From Terriglobia bacterium (lineage in GTDB: Bacteria; Acidobacteriota; Terriglobia; JAJPHL01; JAPKYU01), in NCBI GenBank assembly GCA_965206645.1, contig CBDBKE010000002.1, positions 32,001 through 96,000 on the forward strand: a stretch of 64,000 nucleotides of DNA, given 5' to 3'. The notes beneath the pieces were generated by a model. The model saw only the letters and a list, made by a program, of their open reading frames with translations, had not been told where the DNA came from and did no database searches. The stretch's first letter is position 1; each line of letters starts with the position of its first letter. Below, piece after piece: positions 40,011-49,587 of this stretch. A program made the position numbers and the translations under genes.

Positions 40011-40946
40011 ATGAATTTTGACCAAATCCGCGCGGTGGTTGAGGTGGCTCGTCTGCGCAGCTTTTCGCGGGCCGCCGAAACGCTGGGTCTGACCCAGCCA
40101 GCTATCAGCGCGCAGGTGCGGCAGATCGAGGAAGAAGTTGACTACCGGCTCTTCGACCGTCTGGGACGAAGCGTACACCTGACCCAGCCAGGCATGGTTC
40201 TGCTGGAACACGCAGAGCGGATGCTGGACCTGCGCCGCCAGGCCATTCAGGCCGTAGCCGACCTGTGCGGTCCTTCGGTCCGGCTGACCATCGGGGCGAC
40301 CGAATCCATCTGCCTCTACGTGCTCCCTCCGGTGCTGGAAGAATACCGGGCGCGCTACCCTGCCGTCGCCATCAGCATTTTCCGGCATACTACCGATCGG
40401 ATCGTCCGCAAGCTGGTCGAGGGCGTCCTGGACATCGGCTTTATCTCGCTGCCCACTGAGCACCCCGACCTGCGCATCATTCCCTTCCTGCGCGACCGCT
40501 GGGTGGCAGCCCTGCCGCCGGCCCATCCGCTGGCGAGCAGGCGCTCGGTGGCCGTGGAGGAACTGCTGGATTTTCCTTTCATCCTCCCCGAGATGGGCCA
40601 CACCCGCACCGCGCTGGACCGGATTTTGCTCCCTCACCGGCGCCAGTTGAAAGTAGCCTTTGAACCCACCGGGATTGTGCTGGTCAAACGCTTGGTGGCC
40701 GCCGGCATGGGCATCACCATCATTGGCGAGACCTATGCCGAAGAGGAAGCCACCGCCGGCAAGTTGAAGCTGGTGCCGTTGCGCGGCCTCCGCCTCGCCC
40801 ACGAAATCGGCGTGGCCGTGCGCAAGGACTACCAGTTGCCGGAGGGAACACGCGCCCTGATTTCTGCCGCCCGGAGGCTGACTTCCCGCTCCAAACGACG
40901 ACCCACGCCGCGGGCCAGCACAATACCCACCAGCAGAAAAAAATAA
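40011..40946 (+). CDS. LysR-family transcriptional regulator
   Basis: SFSRAAETLGLTQPAISAQVRQIE HTH and VKRLVAAGMG motif. Confidence 0.95.
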   Translation: MNFDQIRAVVEVARLRSFSRAAETLGLTQPAISAQVRQIEEEVDYRLFDRLGRSVHLTQPGMVLLEHAERMLDLRRQAIQAVADLCGPSVRLTIGATESICLYVLPPVLEEYRARYPAVAISIFRHTTDRIVRKLVEGVLDIGFISLPTEHPDLRIIPFLRDRWVAALPPAHPLASRRSVAVEELLDFPFILPEMGHTRTALDRILLPHRRQLKVAFEPTGIVLVKRLVAAGMGITIIGETYAEEEATAGKLKLVPLRGLRLAHEIGVAVRKDYQLPEGTRALISAARRLTSRSKRRPTPRASTIPTSRKK

Positions 40947-41003
40947 GGATTGTTCGCCAGATTTCCCCAGAGGGCCAAGCGAGTTTCTAAGAACAGTACA
41001 GGC

Positions 41004-42485
41004 TTAGCGCGCTTTGGCGAACCCGTGCGCGTAGCGCGCTGGGGAGGCAAGCTTCACCAGTCGTTCGGTCTCTCCTACCTTGACTGGATGATGAGGCGAA
41101 ATGGGGGGAGGCTGCGCCACCTTGCCGGAGCCGTTCCCGTTCCAGGTCCAGTAATCTTTGCCCCAGCGGTATTTGAGAGCGCCATTCACGGCCAGGTTGG
41201 CAATCCAGAGGATCAGATCGCCACGGTTTTTCGGCATACCCAACCGCTTGATGATCGAGCGGACGGAGTAAAAGCGGCGCCAGGCATGGTTCTTTTCAAA
41301 ATGTAGCCGCTCGGCGGTGAGCAGAGGATGGTTGAAAACGATCGATCCGAGATCATATTTCGACCAATCCCGCTGAACGATCCGTTGCTCTTCCTCAAAC
41401 TGATGGAACAGGGCCGTGCCGGGCAACGGTGTCAGCAGCGAGAACTGCGCGAACTCCATCCTGGACTTCTCAATGAAATCGAGAGTCTCCCGAAACACGT
41501 CCAAGGCATCATTGTCAAAGCCGAAAATGAAGGATCCCCAAACCTTAATTCCGGCAGCGTGGATGCGGGCAATGTCGCGCATGTACTCGTCGGGCCGGTT
41601 GACGCCCTTGCCCGCGGCGCGGATGCTCTTATTAGAAAAGGTCTCAAAGCCAATGAACACTCCATGGCAGCCGCTCTCCTTAGCCAACCGCATCAGCTCC
41701 GGGTCGCGAGCGAAATTGATAGTGACCTGAGAGGCCCATGCCAGTTTCAGCGGCCGAAATGCCTTGAACAGCTCTTTGGCCCTCCGGGGCATCCCGATGA
41801 TATTGTCATCGACGAAGTAGATAAAGCGGCTGTCCAAAGCGCGAACCTCTTCCACCACCTTTTCCACCGGGCGGAAACGGTATTGGACGCCCGACATGGT
41901 GGTGACCGAGCAGAAGTTGCAATTGAAGGGGCATCCGCGGGTAGTTTGCACGGAATTGAAAATCACGTAGCCCTTCGGGTCAAGCAAGTCCCTGCGTGGA
42001 AGCGCAATTTTGGCCAGATCGATGGGTTCCGGATCGTGATAGCGTGACTTCATCCTGCCGTTCGCGAAGTCCTGGACCAAATCCGGCCAAAGCTGGTCGG
42101 CCTCACCCAACACCACCGCGTCGGCGTGTTCGGCAGCCTCATCCGGGCACATTGAGGGGTGAATCCCGCCCAGCACAACCGGGATGCCGCGGGCACGGTA
42201 CTGGTCGGCAAGAGCATAGGCAGAAGGCGCCTGCGCGGTCATCGCAGTAATCGCCACAAGGTCGGCCGACCTTGTGGCTGGCACCGGACCCAGGCAGCCA
42301 TCGTCAATGGCGACCTCATGCTCGGGCGGGGTGATCGCGGCCAGGGTCGCCAGGTTCAACGGAGGAAACAACGCCCCTTCCGCCGTAAAGTTCATACTGT
42401 CCGAGATCTTCGAGGCGTGACGGAAGAACTTCGGAGCGGCGTACATGTTCGAGTCGTTGTGAGGATTCACAAACTGGATCTTCAT
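41004..42485 (-). CDS. B12-binding-domain radical SAM protein
   Basis: PPLNLATLAA, VVLGGIHPS, GEA, TTRGCPFNCNFC, FVDDN, IGFE and TPLPGT motifs. Confidence 0.92.
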   Translation of the reverse strand: MKIQFVNPHNDSNMYAAPKFFRHASKISDSMNFTAEGALFPPLNLATLAAITPPEHEVAIDDGCLGPVPATRSADLVAITAMTAQAPSAYALADQYRARGIPVVLGGIHPSMCPDEAAEHADAVVLGEADQLWPDLVQDFANGRMKSRYHDPEPIDLAKIALPRRDLLDPKGYVIFNSVQTTRGCPFNCNFCSVTTMSGVQYRFRPVEKVVEEVRALDSRFIYFVDDNIIGMPRRAKELFKAFRPLKLAWASQVTINFARDPELMRLAKESGCHGVFIGFETFSNKSIRAAGKGVNRPDEYMRDIARIHAAGIKVWGSFIFGFDNDALDVFRETLDFIEKSRMEFAQFSLLTPLPGTALFHQFEEEQRIVQRDWSKYDLGSIVFNHPLLTAERLHFEKNHAWRRFYSVRSIIKRLGMPKNRGDLILWIANLAVNGALKYRWGKDYWTWNGNGSGKVAQPPPISPHHPVKVGETERLVKLASPARYAHGFAKAR

Positions 42486-42746
42486 AAGCTCGCAACCCCT
42501 TCCACCAACGAGATCAGGCAAGAGAAGCCGCACAACCGTAGCATAGAAAACTACTCAAGTACATCTAAAGTCATTGTTTATTCTGATGTTACCGAAGCAG
42601 GCAGGCGACCGTCAGAGGCAAAGGCGACCCGGCCTCATCTCTAGCCCGGGGCCGTGAGCCTGAGGAGCTGGCGGCCGCTGGGCCACCTACCGCGGGCACA
42701 CCGTTCCCTCCTGGGTCCTGGCGGAACGGGATCGTCCAGCGGTAGC

Positions 42747-44150
42747 CTACGACTGAACCGACCCCTCCGTCCCGGAAGCAGCCCAACCCGAGCCGCCAGC
42801 AAACTCCTCCATCACCAGGTCCAGCGGCGCCTCGCACATGAACTCCAGCCCCTGCATCTCCTCCAGCGCCGCTCGCACGCTGGCCGGCGGCGCTGGCTCC
42901 AGGGTGATGACAAATGGCAGGTGATCCTTGTCCCAGCCGCGCTCCTGGATCACCGCGTCAATGTTGATGCTGTGGCGCGCCAGGATGTCGGCCAGCGCAG
43001 CGATGATCCCCGGCCGGTCGCGCACCACAAAGCGCAGGTAGTGTCGCCCCACCGGCCCGAGGCCGGAGGGGGCTGTGTCGAGCGCCGATGGAACAAGCTC
43101 CGCCGCCTGGTAGCCGAACGGAGGAACACGGTGCTGGGCGCCGGAGCGCAGGTCGCGGGCGGCACGGATCAGGTCGGCCACTACCGCGATGCCGGTGGGG
43201 CCGCCGCCGGCCCCGCGCCCGTAGTAGAGCGTATCGCCTCCGCGGCGTCCCTGGACCCAGACGGCGTTGTACGCCCCGTCCACTTTGGCCAGCACATGCT
43301 CCTGGGGGATCAGCAGGGGTTGCACGAAAAGGTTCAAGCCGGCGCCAGCCCCTCGCCGGGCGGCGCCGATCAGCCGGATGGTCAAGCCCAGCCGATTGGC
43401 GTAGCGGAAATCGAGCGGAGTGACCCGCGTGATGCCGCAGCAGGGGATGCCGCCGGTGATAACGGGAACGCCAAAGGCCAACCGCGCCAGTATGGCCAGT
43501 TTGTAGCGGGCGTCGTAGCCCTCCACGTCGGCTGTCGGGTCGGCTTCGGCATAGCCGCGCTCCTGCGCTATTTTCAGGACGTCGCCTAGCTCCATTCCGG
43601 TCTTCTCCATGGAGGTCAGAATGAAATTGGCGGTGCCGTTGAGGATGCCGAATAGTGCTTCGATCCGCTCACCTGCCAGGCCTTCGCGTACCGCGGCCAG
43701 CACCGGGATGCCGCCGGCCACCGCTGCCTCAAACTCAAGGCCCACGCCGCGCCCGCGGGCCAGCGCTTCCAGTTCCGTACCTGCCTCAGCGATCAGGTTC
43801 TTGTTGGCGGTCACCACCGGCTTGCCCGCCTCCAGCGCTGCGGTTACTATCTGACGCGCCACTGTGGTCCCTCCCACCAGTTCGGCGACGATGTCCACGT
43901 CAGGCGAGGCAACCACCTCGTGCCAGTCCGGCGTGCGCCGCACGCCGGCGGGCAGCCAGCTTGTGTCGCGCTGCTGAATGTTGCGGCTACAGACAACGGC
44001 CATGTCAATCTCGAAACCCGCGCGTGCCCGAATCTCCTCCCGATGCTCCACGAGCGCGCGCGCCGCGCCCTGTCCCACGGTCCCGAACCCAACGATTCCG
44101 ACTTTCGTAATTGCGGCTTGCGGCTTGCGGATTGCGGACTGCTTCTTCAT
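42747..44150 (-). CDS. hom: Homoserine dehydrogenase with ACT domain
   Basis: GFGTVG, VVTANK, EAAVAGGIP, ILNGTANFIL, GYAEADP..DVEG, YGRGAG and DRPG motifs. Confidence 0.96.
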   Translation of the reverse strand: MKKQSAIRKPQAAITKVGIVGFGTVGQGAARALVEHREEIRARAGFEIDMAVVCSRNIQQRDTSWLPAGVRRTPDWHEVVASPDVDIVAELVGGTTVARQIVTAALEAGKPVVTANKNLIAEAGTELEALARGRGVGLEFEAAVAGGIPVLAAVREGLAGERIEALFGILNGTANFILTSMEKTGMELGDVLKIAQERGYAEADPTADVEGYDARYKLAILARLAFGVPVITGGIPCCGITRVTPLDFRYANRLGLTIRLIGAARRGAGAGLNLFVQPLLIPQEHVLAKVDGAYNAVWVQGRRGGDTLYYGRGAGGGPTGIAVVADLIRAARDLRSGAQHRVPPFGYQAAELVPSALDTAPSGLGPVGRHYLRFVVRDRPGIIAALADILARHSINIDAVIQERGWDKDHLPFVITLEPAPPASVRAALEEMQGLEFMCEAPLDLVMEEFAGGSGWAASGTEGSVQS

Positions 44151-45652
44151 TGTTTCCCGCGCCTCCCGGTTCGCAGGCCGGTTCGCAGGGAGGCAACAGC
44201 GGGTGTAACGGGCGCGCGTGCCGCGGGTGGCGCCAGTTCGAGCAGGGCGGCGTGCACGGCCCGTAGCGCCGGCGCTAACTCGGCTTCATCCACGGCGACC
44301 GAGATGTTGGTTTCCGTGGCGCCCTGAGCGATGGCGATCACGTTGATCCCCTCCCCCGACAGCGCCCCGAAAAGCTTGCCGGAGATGCCCACCGTGCCTC
44401 GCATGCCACTGCCCACCAGCGCCAGGATGGCGACGCCCGACTGCACCCGCAGTGGGCGCAGGTAGCCGTGGGCCAACTCGACGGCGAACGTCTCCTTCAG
44501 CCGGCACTCGACCGCGGCGGCGGCGCGCTCCTGGACAGCGAAACAAAAGCTCTCTTCGCGCGAGGCCTGCGACAGCATCAGCAGGTCCACCCGGTCGTGG
44601 GCCAGCACCGACAGGGCGCGGCTCATGATACGCAGCACGCTCAACTGCCCGCTGCTTTCCATGGTGATGAGCACGGCGCGCTTCAGTGCGGTGACGGCGC
44701 GGGCGCCAGAACCGCTGTCCAGCCCGAATGCGCCTCGCGGAGCGATCACCGTGCCGGGCAACTCGGGGCGAAAACTGGACTTGATCCACACCGGGATGCC
44801 CCGCTCGGCCAGCGGCGCCAGCGTCTTCGGGTGCAGTACCTTGGCGCCGTAGTAGGAAAGCTCGGCAGCCTCCTGATAGGTGACTGCCTCCAGCACGCGT
44901 GCCTGGGGGACCAAGTTGGGGTCGGCGCCCAGGATACCCTCCACGTCGGTCCAGATGATGACCTCCACCGCGTCCAGGCAGGCGGCCACCAGGCTGGCGG
45001 AGAAATCGGAGCCGCCGCGTCCCAGGGTGGTCGGCGTCCCTTCGACCGTAGCGCCGATGAACCCGGTGATGATCGGCACGACGCCGGTGCCGAGCAACGG
45101 TGGTATGGCTTGCCGGAGCTTGACGGCCGTCGGTTGCAACAGCGGGGCGGCTTCACCAAAATTGCCGTCGGTCACCAGCAGCGTGGTGGCGTCCAGTGCC
45201 TGAGCAGGGGTCCCCACTTGGGCTAGAGCCTCGGCCACGAGCAGCGCGCTGAGTTTCTCTCCGCAGCACAGCACCGCATCCAGCGCTCGCGGCGGGCAAT
45301 GGCCCAGCCGGGCGATTCCCTCGCAGGTGTTCTCCACCTCGCCGAAAATCTCCATCGCGGCAACCTCAAAAACTTCGCGTGGCTCGCCGCTCAGCAGCTC
45401 CCCGGCCGCTTCCCTGCTCCGCTGGCGGACGGCCTCCAGGCTTTGCTCCATTTCGGCTCTAGAGCCAGAGGCGGCCGCCTGCGCGGCCCGCTCCAGCAGA
45501 TCAGTCACACCCGACATGGCCGAGACCACCGTCACCGTCGGCCGCTGACGGCTGTGCTCGGCAATCAGCCTGGCGGTGGCTGCGATGCGCTCGGCACTGC
45601 CCACCGAAGTGCCTCCAAACTTCATCACCAGAAGATTTTCTACACCCTGCAT
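44147..45652 (-). CDS. Aspartate kinase (ThrA-like kinase domain with two ACT domains)
   Basis: VMKFGGTSVG, VVSAMSGVTD, TTLGRGGSDFSA, IWTDVEG, ELSYYGAKVLHP and AIAQG motifs. Confidence 0.95.
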   Translation of the reverse strand: MQGVENLLVMKFGGTSVGSAERIAATARLIAEHSRQRPTVTVVSAMSGVTDLLERAAQAAASGSRAEMEQSLEAVRQRSREAAGELLSGEPREVFEVAAMEIFGEVENTCEGIARLGHCPPRALDAVLCCGEKLSALLVAEALAQVGTPAQALDATTLLVTDGNFGEAAPLLQPTAVKLRQAIPPLLGTGVVPIITGFIGATVEGTPTTLGRGGSDFSASLVAACLDAVEVIIWTDVEGILGADPNLVPQARVLEAVTYQEAAELSYYGAKVLHPKTLAPLAERGIPVWIKSSFRPELPGTVIAPRGAFGLDSGSGARAVTALKRAVLITMESSGQLSVLRIMSRALSVLAHDRVDLLMLSQASREESFCFAVQERAAAAVECRLKETFAVELAHGYLRPLRVQSGVAILALVGSGMRGTVGISGKLFGALSGEGINVIAIAQGATETNISVAVDEAELAPALRAVHAALLELAPPAARAPVTPAVASLRTGLRTGRRGKQ

Positions 45653-45762
45653 TTCAGACTTGGGAGTTCTGTTTTGCACTCGTCCTCTCCGTTTGGATGA
45701 CAGATTCGACTCCCAAAGTAACACCGGCAATCGGATATCTAACAGGCTGTCAGCATCGTCCG

Positions 45763-45801
45763 AAAATAACAATGGCCACTGCCCGTTTTCGGACCGTGGC
45801 C
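45763..45801 (-). terminator. Attenuator terminator of the aspartokinase-hom operon
   Basis: GGCCAC-G-GTCCG-AAAA-CGGGC-A-GTGGCC followed by ATTGTTATTTT on the minus strand. Confidence 0.8.
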
Positions 45802-45838
45802 TGATTTGATTCCTGATTGTTCCCGCGCGCTCAGGCCA

Positions 45839-45898
45839 CTATCCCCACCCACCTGTTTGGGTGGCGATGCCTGTGCCTGTTGTGCGCGTTGAAAACAT
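45839..45898 (-). CDS. Thr-rich attenuator leader peptide MFSTRTTGTGIATQTGGWG (thrL-like)
   Basis: 6 Thr and 1 Ile in 19 aa; ATG 7 nt after TG-g-TAAGAT; antiterminator and terminator follow. Confidence 0.85.
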   Translation of the reverse strand: MFSTRTTGTGIATQTGGWG

Positions 45899-46005
45899 CG
45901 CTGCTATCTTACCAAAGCTCGTCTTTTACGAGCAAGCGGTTTGCCCGCTCAGACCCGTAATCCCAAGCTCGCAATCGGGACAGGCTGCATGCCCGTCCCC
46001 ACTCC

Positions 46006-47643
46006 TCAGACGCCCCAGGCGTAGTCCTCGGCGACCGCGGCTTTCATCGCTGGGTGCCTGTCGGTTTCTCGGACCAGCCAGAGCTGGTAGGCGCTCGCCA
46101 ACGCCTGCCAGCTGGCCTCAATGATGTTCTCCGAGACGCCCACGGTGACCCAGGTGTCTTCCCCGTCGCTCGACTCCACCAGCACGCGGACGCGTGAGGC
46201 GGTGCCGTGAGCGGCGCCCAGCACCCGCACCTTGTAGTCAATCAGGTGCACGGTCTTGACCCCCGGGTACAGCGCCGAAAGCGACTGGCGCAGGCAATCG
46301 TCCAGGGCGTGTACCGGGCCGATATGCTCTGAGGTGGAAGTGTAGGTGTGCCCACCTGCCTCCAGGCGCAGAAACGCGCGGGAGAGCGGAGGCGCACCCA
46401 CCTTCTTGTCGATGCTGAGGCGGAACTCGCCGAGGCGGAAGAACTCCGTAGGAGTTCCCTGAGCCTGGTGGGCCAGCAACTCCAGGGTTCCCTCGGCGGC
46501 CTCCAGGTCATAGCCCATTGATTCCAGTTGCTTGACCTGGCGGACCAGGTCGCCGGCGCTGGCACCATCGAGCTTGCCCTCGAAACCTAGCTCAGTGAGC
46601 CTGTACTGCACGTTACCCTTGCCGGACAGCTCGCTAACCAGCACGCGCCGCTGGTTGCCTACCAGCTCCGGGCCGATGTGCTCGTAGGTGGCCGTGTCTT
46701 TCATCACAGCGTTGACGTGGATGCCGCCCTTATGCGCAAAGGCGCTGCGGCCCACAAACGGCATATCGCCGCGCAGCGGCTGGTTGGCCAGCTCAGCCAC
46801 GTAGCGGGCCACCCCCGGCAGCGTGCGCAACTTCTCCGGCCCGACCATCCGTTTCTTCAGCTTCAGCTCCAGCACCGGGATCACCGAACACAGGTTGGCG
46901 TTGCCAGTGCGCTCACCGTAGCCATTGATGGTGCCCTGGATGTGGGCGGCGCCGGCCAGCACCGCCACCAGCGTGTTGGCCACTCCCAGCTCGCAATCGT
47001 TGTGGGCATGGATGCCCAGACGCACCCGGACCCGCCGGCGGGCCTCCGCGGTCGCCGCTGAAATAAACTCAGGCAAGCTGCCCCCATTGGTGTCACACAG
47101 CACGACCGCGTCTGCGCCGGCCTCCTGGGCCACTTCCAGGGTTCCCAGTGCGTAACCGGGGTCGGCGGCATACCCGTCGAAGAAGTGCTCGGCGTCGAAG
47201 ATGACCTCCCTGCCGTGCGCTTTCAGGTAGGACACCGTCTCGGAGATCAGCTTCAGGTTTTCCTCCAGGGTAATGCCCAAGGCCCGCTCCACGTGCAGCC
47301 GCCAGCTCTTACCGAACAAGGTGACGGTGGGCGTGTTGGCCTTCAGCAGCGAGCTGACGTTGGGGTCGCCCTCGATGGCGTTCCTGGGATGGCGTGTGCT
47401 GCCGAAGGCGGCCAGCCGGGCATGCTTCAGGTCGAGCTCGCCGGCGCGCCGGAAAAACTCCTCGTCCTTGGGGTTGGAACCTGGCCAGCCGCCCTCAATG
47501 TAGTGGGCGCCCAGCTCATCCAGCCGCCGGGCGATCATCAACTTGTCGTCGGCGGAAAACGAGATGCCTTCGCCCTGGGTCCCGTCGCGCAGCGTGGTGT
47601 CGTAGACTTCGACAAAATCTCCCAGATGGGTCTGTTCCGACAT
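46006..47643 (-). CDS. cimA: Citramalate synthase
   Basis: YDTTLRDGTQGEG, YIEGGWPGSNPKD, DAEHFFDGY, HAHND, GYGERTGN, FAHKGGIH and DYKVR motifs. Confidence 0.92.
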   Translation of the reverse strand: MSEQTHLGDFVEVYDTTLRDGTQGEGISFSADDKLMIARRLDELGAHYIEGGWPGSNPKDEEFFRRAGELDLKHARLAAFGSTRHPRNAIEGDPNVSSLLKANTPTVTLFGKSWRLHVERALGITLEENLKLISETVSYLKAHGREVIFDAEHFFDGYAADPGYALGTLEVAQEAGADAVVLCDTNGGSLPEFISAATAEARRRVRVRLGIHAHNDCELGVANTLVAVLAGAAHIQGTINGYGERTGNANLCSVIPVLELKLKKRMVGPEKLRTLPGVARYVAELANQPLRGDMPFVGRSAFAHKGGIHVNAVMKDTATYEHIGPELVGNQRRVLVSELSGKGNVQYRLTELGFEGKLDGASAGDLVRQVKQLESMGYDLEAAEGTLELLAHQAQGTPTEFFRLGEFRLSIDKKVGAPPLSRAFLRLEAGGHTYTSTSEHIGPVHALDDCLRQSLSALYPGVKTVHLIDYKVRVLGAAHGTASRVRVLVESSDGEDTWVTVGVSENIIEASWQALASAYQLWLVRETDRHPAMKAAVAEDYAWGV

Positions 47644-47665
47644 GAATGAATCCCTATTCCTACTT

Positions 47666-47835
47666 CCGTGATGAGTGATCAGCAAAGAGTGATGAGGAAA
47701 ATCAAACACAAAGGCACGAAGGGGACAAAGATCACAAAGGATTTCGGATTGCGGGTTGAAAGATTCCGAAATCAGCAATTCGCCACCCGCAACGGGCAGT
47801 TCTTTGTGTCCTTAGTTTCTTTGTGACTTTGTGTT
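47666..47835. repeat. Composite palindromic short-repeat element between ilvC and cimA
   Basis: CACAAAG/CACGAAG-type repeats at about 47706-47740 inverted against CTTTGTG repeats at about 47801-47835, enclosing GATTTCGGA/TCCGAAATC; GTGATGA heptamers adjacent. Confidence 0.7.
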
Positions 47836-47861
47836 GTCTTTTCCGCATCACTCTTGCTCTG

Positions 47862-48893
47862 TTAGCGGGAGACGGCCGCGCTCTTACCGAGGTAGCTCAT
47901 CATCTCGCGCAGCTTCTTGCCCACCTGCTCGATCGGATGCTCGGCCTCCTGCTTGCGGAGACGGTTCATGTTCGGCCGCCCGTTCTTGTTTTCCTCGACC
48001 CACTCCTTGGCAAAAGCTCCGGACTGGACGTCGGCCAGAATCTTCTTCATGGTGGCGCGAACGTGGTCGTCAACCACCACCGGACCACGGGTTAGGTCGC
48101 CGTATTCGGCCGTGTCGCTCACCGAGTAGCGCATGTAGGCCAGGCCGCCCTGCTGGATCAGGTCCACGATCAGCTTCAACTCGTGCAGGCACTCGAAGTA
48201 GGCGACCTCCGGCTGGTAGCCGGCTTCGACCAGCGTCGTAAAGGCGGCTTTGATTAGCGCCGAAGTGCCGCCGCACAGCACCGCCTGCTCGCCGAACAGG
48301 TCACTTTCGGTCTCCTCCTTGAAGGTGGTCTCGATCAGCCCAGCCTTCAGGGCGCCCAGCCCGTCGGCATAGGCCAGGGCGGTCTGGCGGGCGGTGCCGC
48401 TCGGGTCCTGGTGCACGGCCAGCAGGGCCGGTACGCCGACGCCCTCGACGTACAGTTCTCGCACCCGGTGGCCCGGGCCCTTCGGCGCTACCATCGCAAC
48501 GTCCACATCGGCTGACGGCATCACCTGCTTGAAGTGAATGTTGAAGCCGTGGGCAAACAGCACCAGCTTTCCCTTGCCCTTGCCCTTGCCCTGGCCCTTG
48601 CCCAGATGAGGCTGCATCTCGCTGTAGACTCCCGGAGCCTTTTCGTCCGGCACCAGGAGGGTAATGATGTCGGCGCTCGCGGCGGCCTCCGCGACGCCCA
48701 ACACCTCCAGCTTCTCCCGGCGGGCTTTCTCCGCCGACTTGCTGCCAGCGTAAAGCCCGACCACCACCTTCACCCCGCTATCGCGCAAATTTAGCGCGTG
48801 CGCGTGGCCCTGGCTCCCGTAGCCAATGATGGCCACAGTCTTCTTGTTGATATAGGCGCGATCCGTGTCGCCCTGGTAGTAGATTTTCGCCAT
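47862..48893 (-). CDS. ilvC: Ketol-acid reductoisomerase
   Basis: [48 protein letters not shown] and SDTAEYG motifs. Confidence 0.98.
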   Translation of the reverse strand: MAKIYYQGDTDRAYINKKTVAIIGYGSQGHAHALNLRDSGVKVVVGLYAGSKSAEKARREKLEVLGVAEAAASADIITLLVPDEKAPGVYSEMQPHLGKGQGKGKGKGKLVLFAHGFNIHFKQVMPSADVDVAMVAPKGPGHRVRELYVEGVGVPALLAVHQDPSGTARQTALAYADGLGALKAGLIETTFKEETESDLFGEQAVLCGGTSALIKAAFTTLVEAGYQPEVAYFECLHELKLIVDLIQQGGLAYMRYSVSDTAEYGDLTRGPVVVDDHVRATMKKILADVQSGAFAKEWVEENKNGRPNMNRLRKQEAEHPIEQVGKKLREMMSYLGKSAAVSR

Positions 48894-48974
48894 AGGCTCC
48901 TTTTCGCCGTCTGCCTACCGCCCGCTACCTGCTGCCCACCGGCATGGCGGGCTAAAGCCTGCCGCTACGAGATG

Positions 48975-49502
48975 CTACTTCTCTGCCGCGACCGCCGAAG
49001 TTTTCACCGGCCCGTTCTTGCTGACGCTAGCGCCACGCGGCAATGCCACCGAGCCGCTGCGCACCATGTCCACGCGCCCGTAGTGTTCCAGAACTTGCAG
49101 CAGCGCCTTCAGCTTGTCGCCGTCGCCGGTCACTTCAAGCGTGATGCTGGCCGGGTGGGTGTCTACCACCCGCGCCCGAAAGATTTCGGCTTCCTGGAGC
49201 AAGCGGGAGCGCTGCTCATGGGGCAAATGCACCTTGAGCAGCGCCAGCTCGCGTTGCACAGAGGGCATTCTTGAGAAGTCGAGCACCTGAACCACGTTGA
49301 TTTGCTTGTTGAGCTGCTTCAACACCTGCTCGCGGATCCTATCTTCCACGTCCACCACCATGGTGATGCGGGACAGCAAGGGGTCCGGAGTCCGGGCCAC
49401 CGTCAAGCTTTCAATGTTAAAGCCGCGGGCACTGAACACCCCAGCAATGCGGGCCAGCACGCCCGACTTGTTCTCGACCAGCACCGATAGGGTTTGCGCC
49501 AT
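48975..49502 (-). CDS. ilvN: Acetolactate synthase small subunit
   Basis: LVENKSGVLARIAGVFSARGFNIESLTV, KQLNK and RELALLKV motifs. Confidence 0.95.
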   Translation of the reverse strand: MAQTLSVLVENKSGVLARIAGVFSARGFNIESLTVARTPDPLLSRITMVVDVEDRIREQVLKQLNKQINVVQVLDFSRMPSVQRELALLKVHLPHEQRSRLLQEAEIFRARVVDTHPASITLEVTGDGDKLKALLQVLEHYGRVDMVRSGSVALPRGASVSKNGPVKTSAVAAEK

Positions 49503-49587
49503 GGTTCTTTCGTTTGTTCTATGCTTCGAGTGGCATCAAAACCGCTTAAGAACGGCCTTTTTTGCAAACGTCCTCATCCAAAATCCC

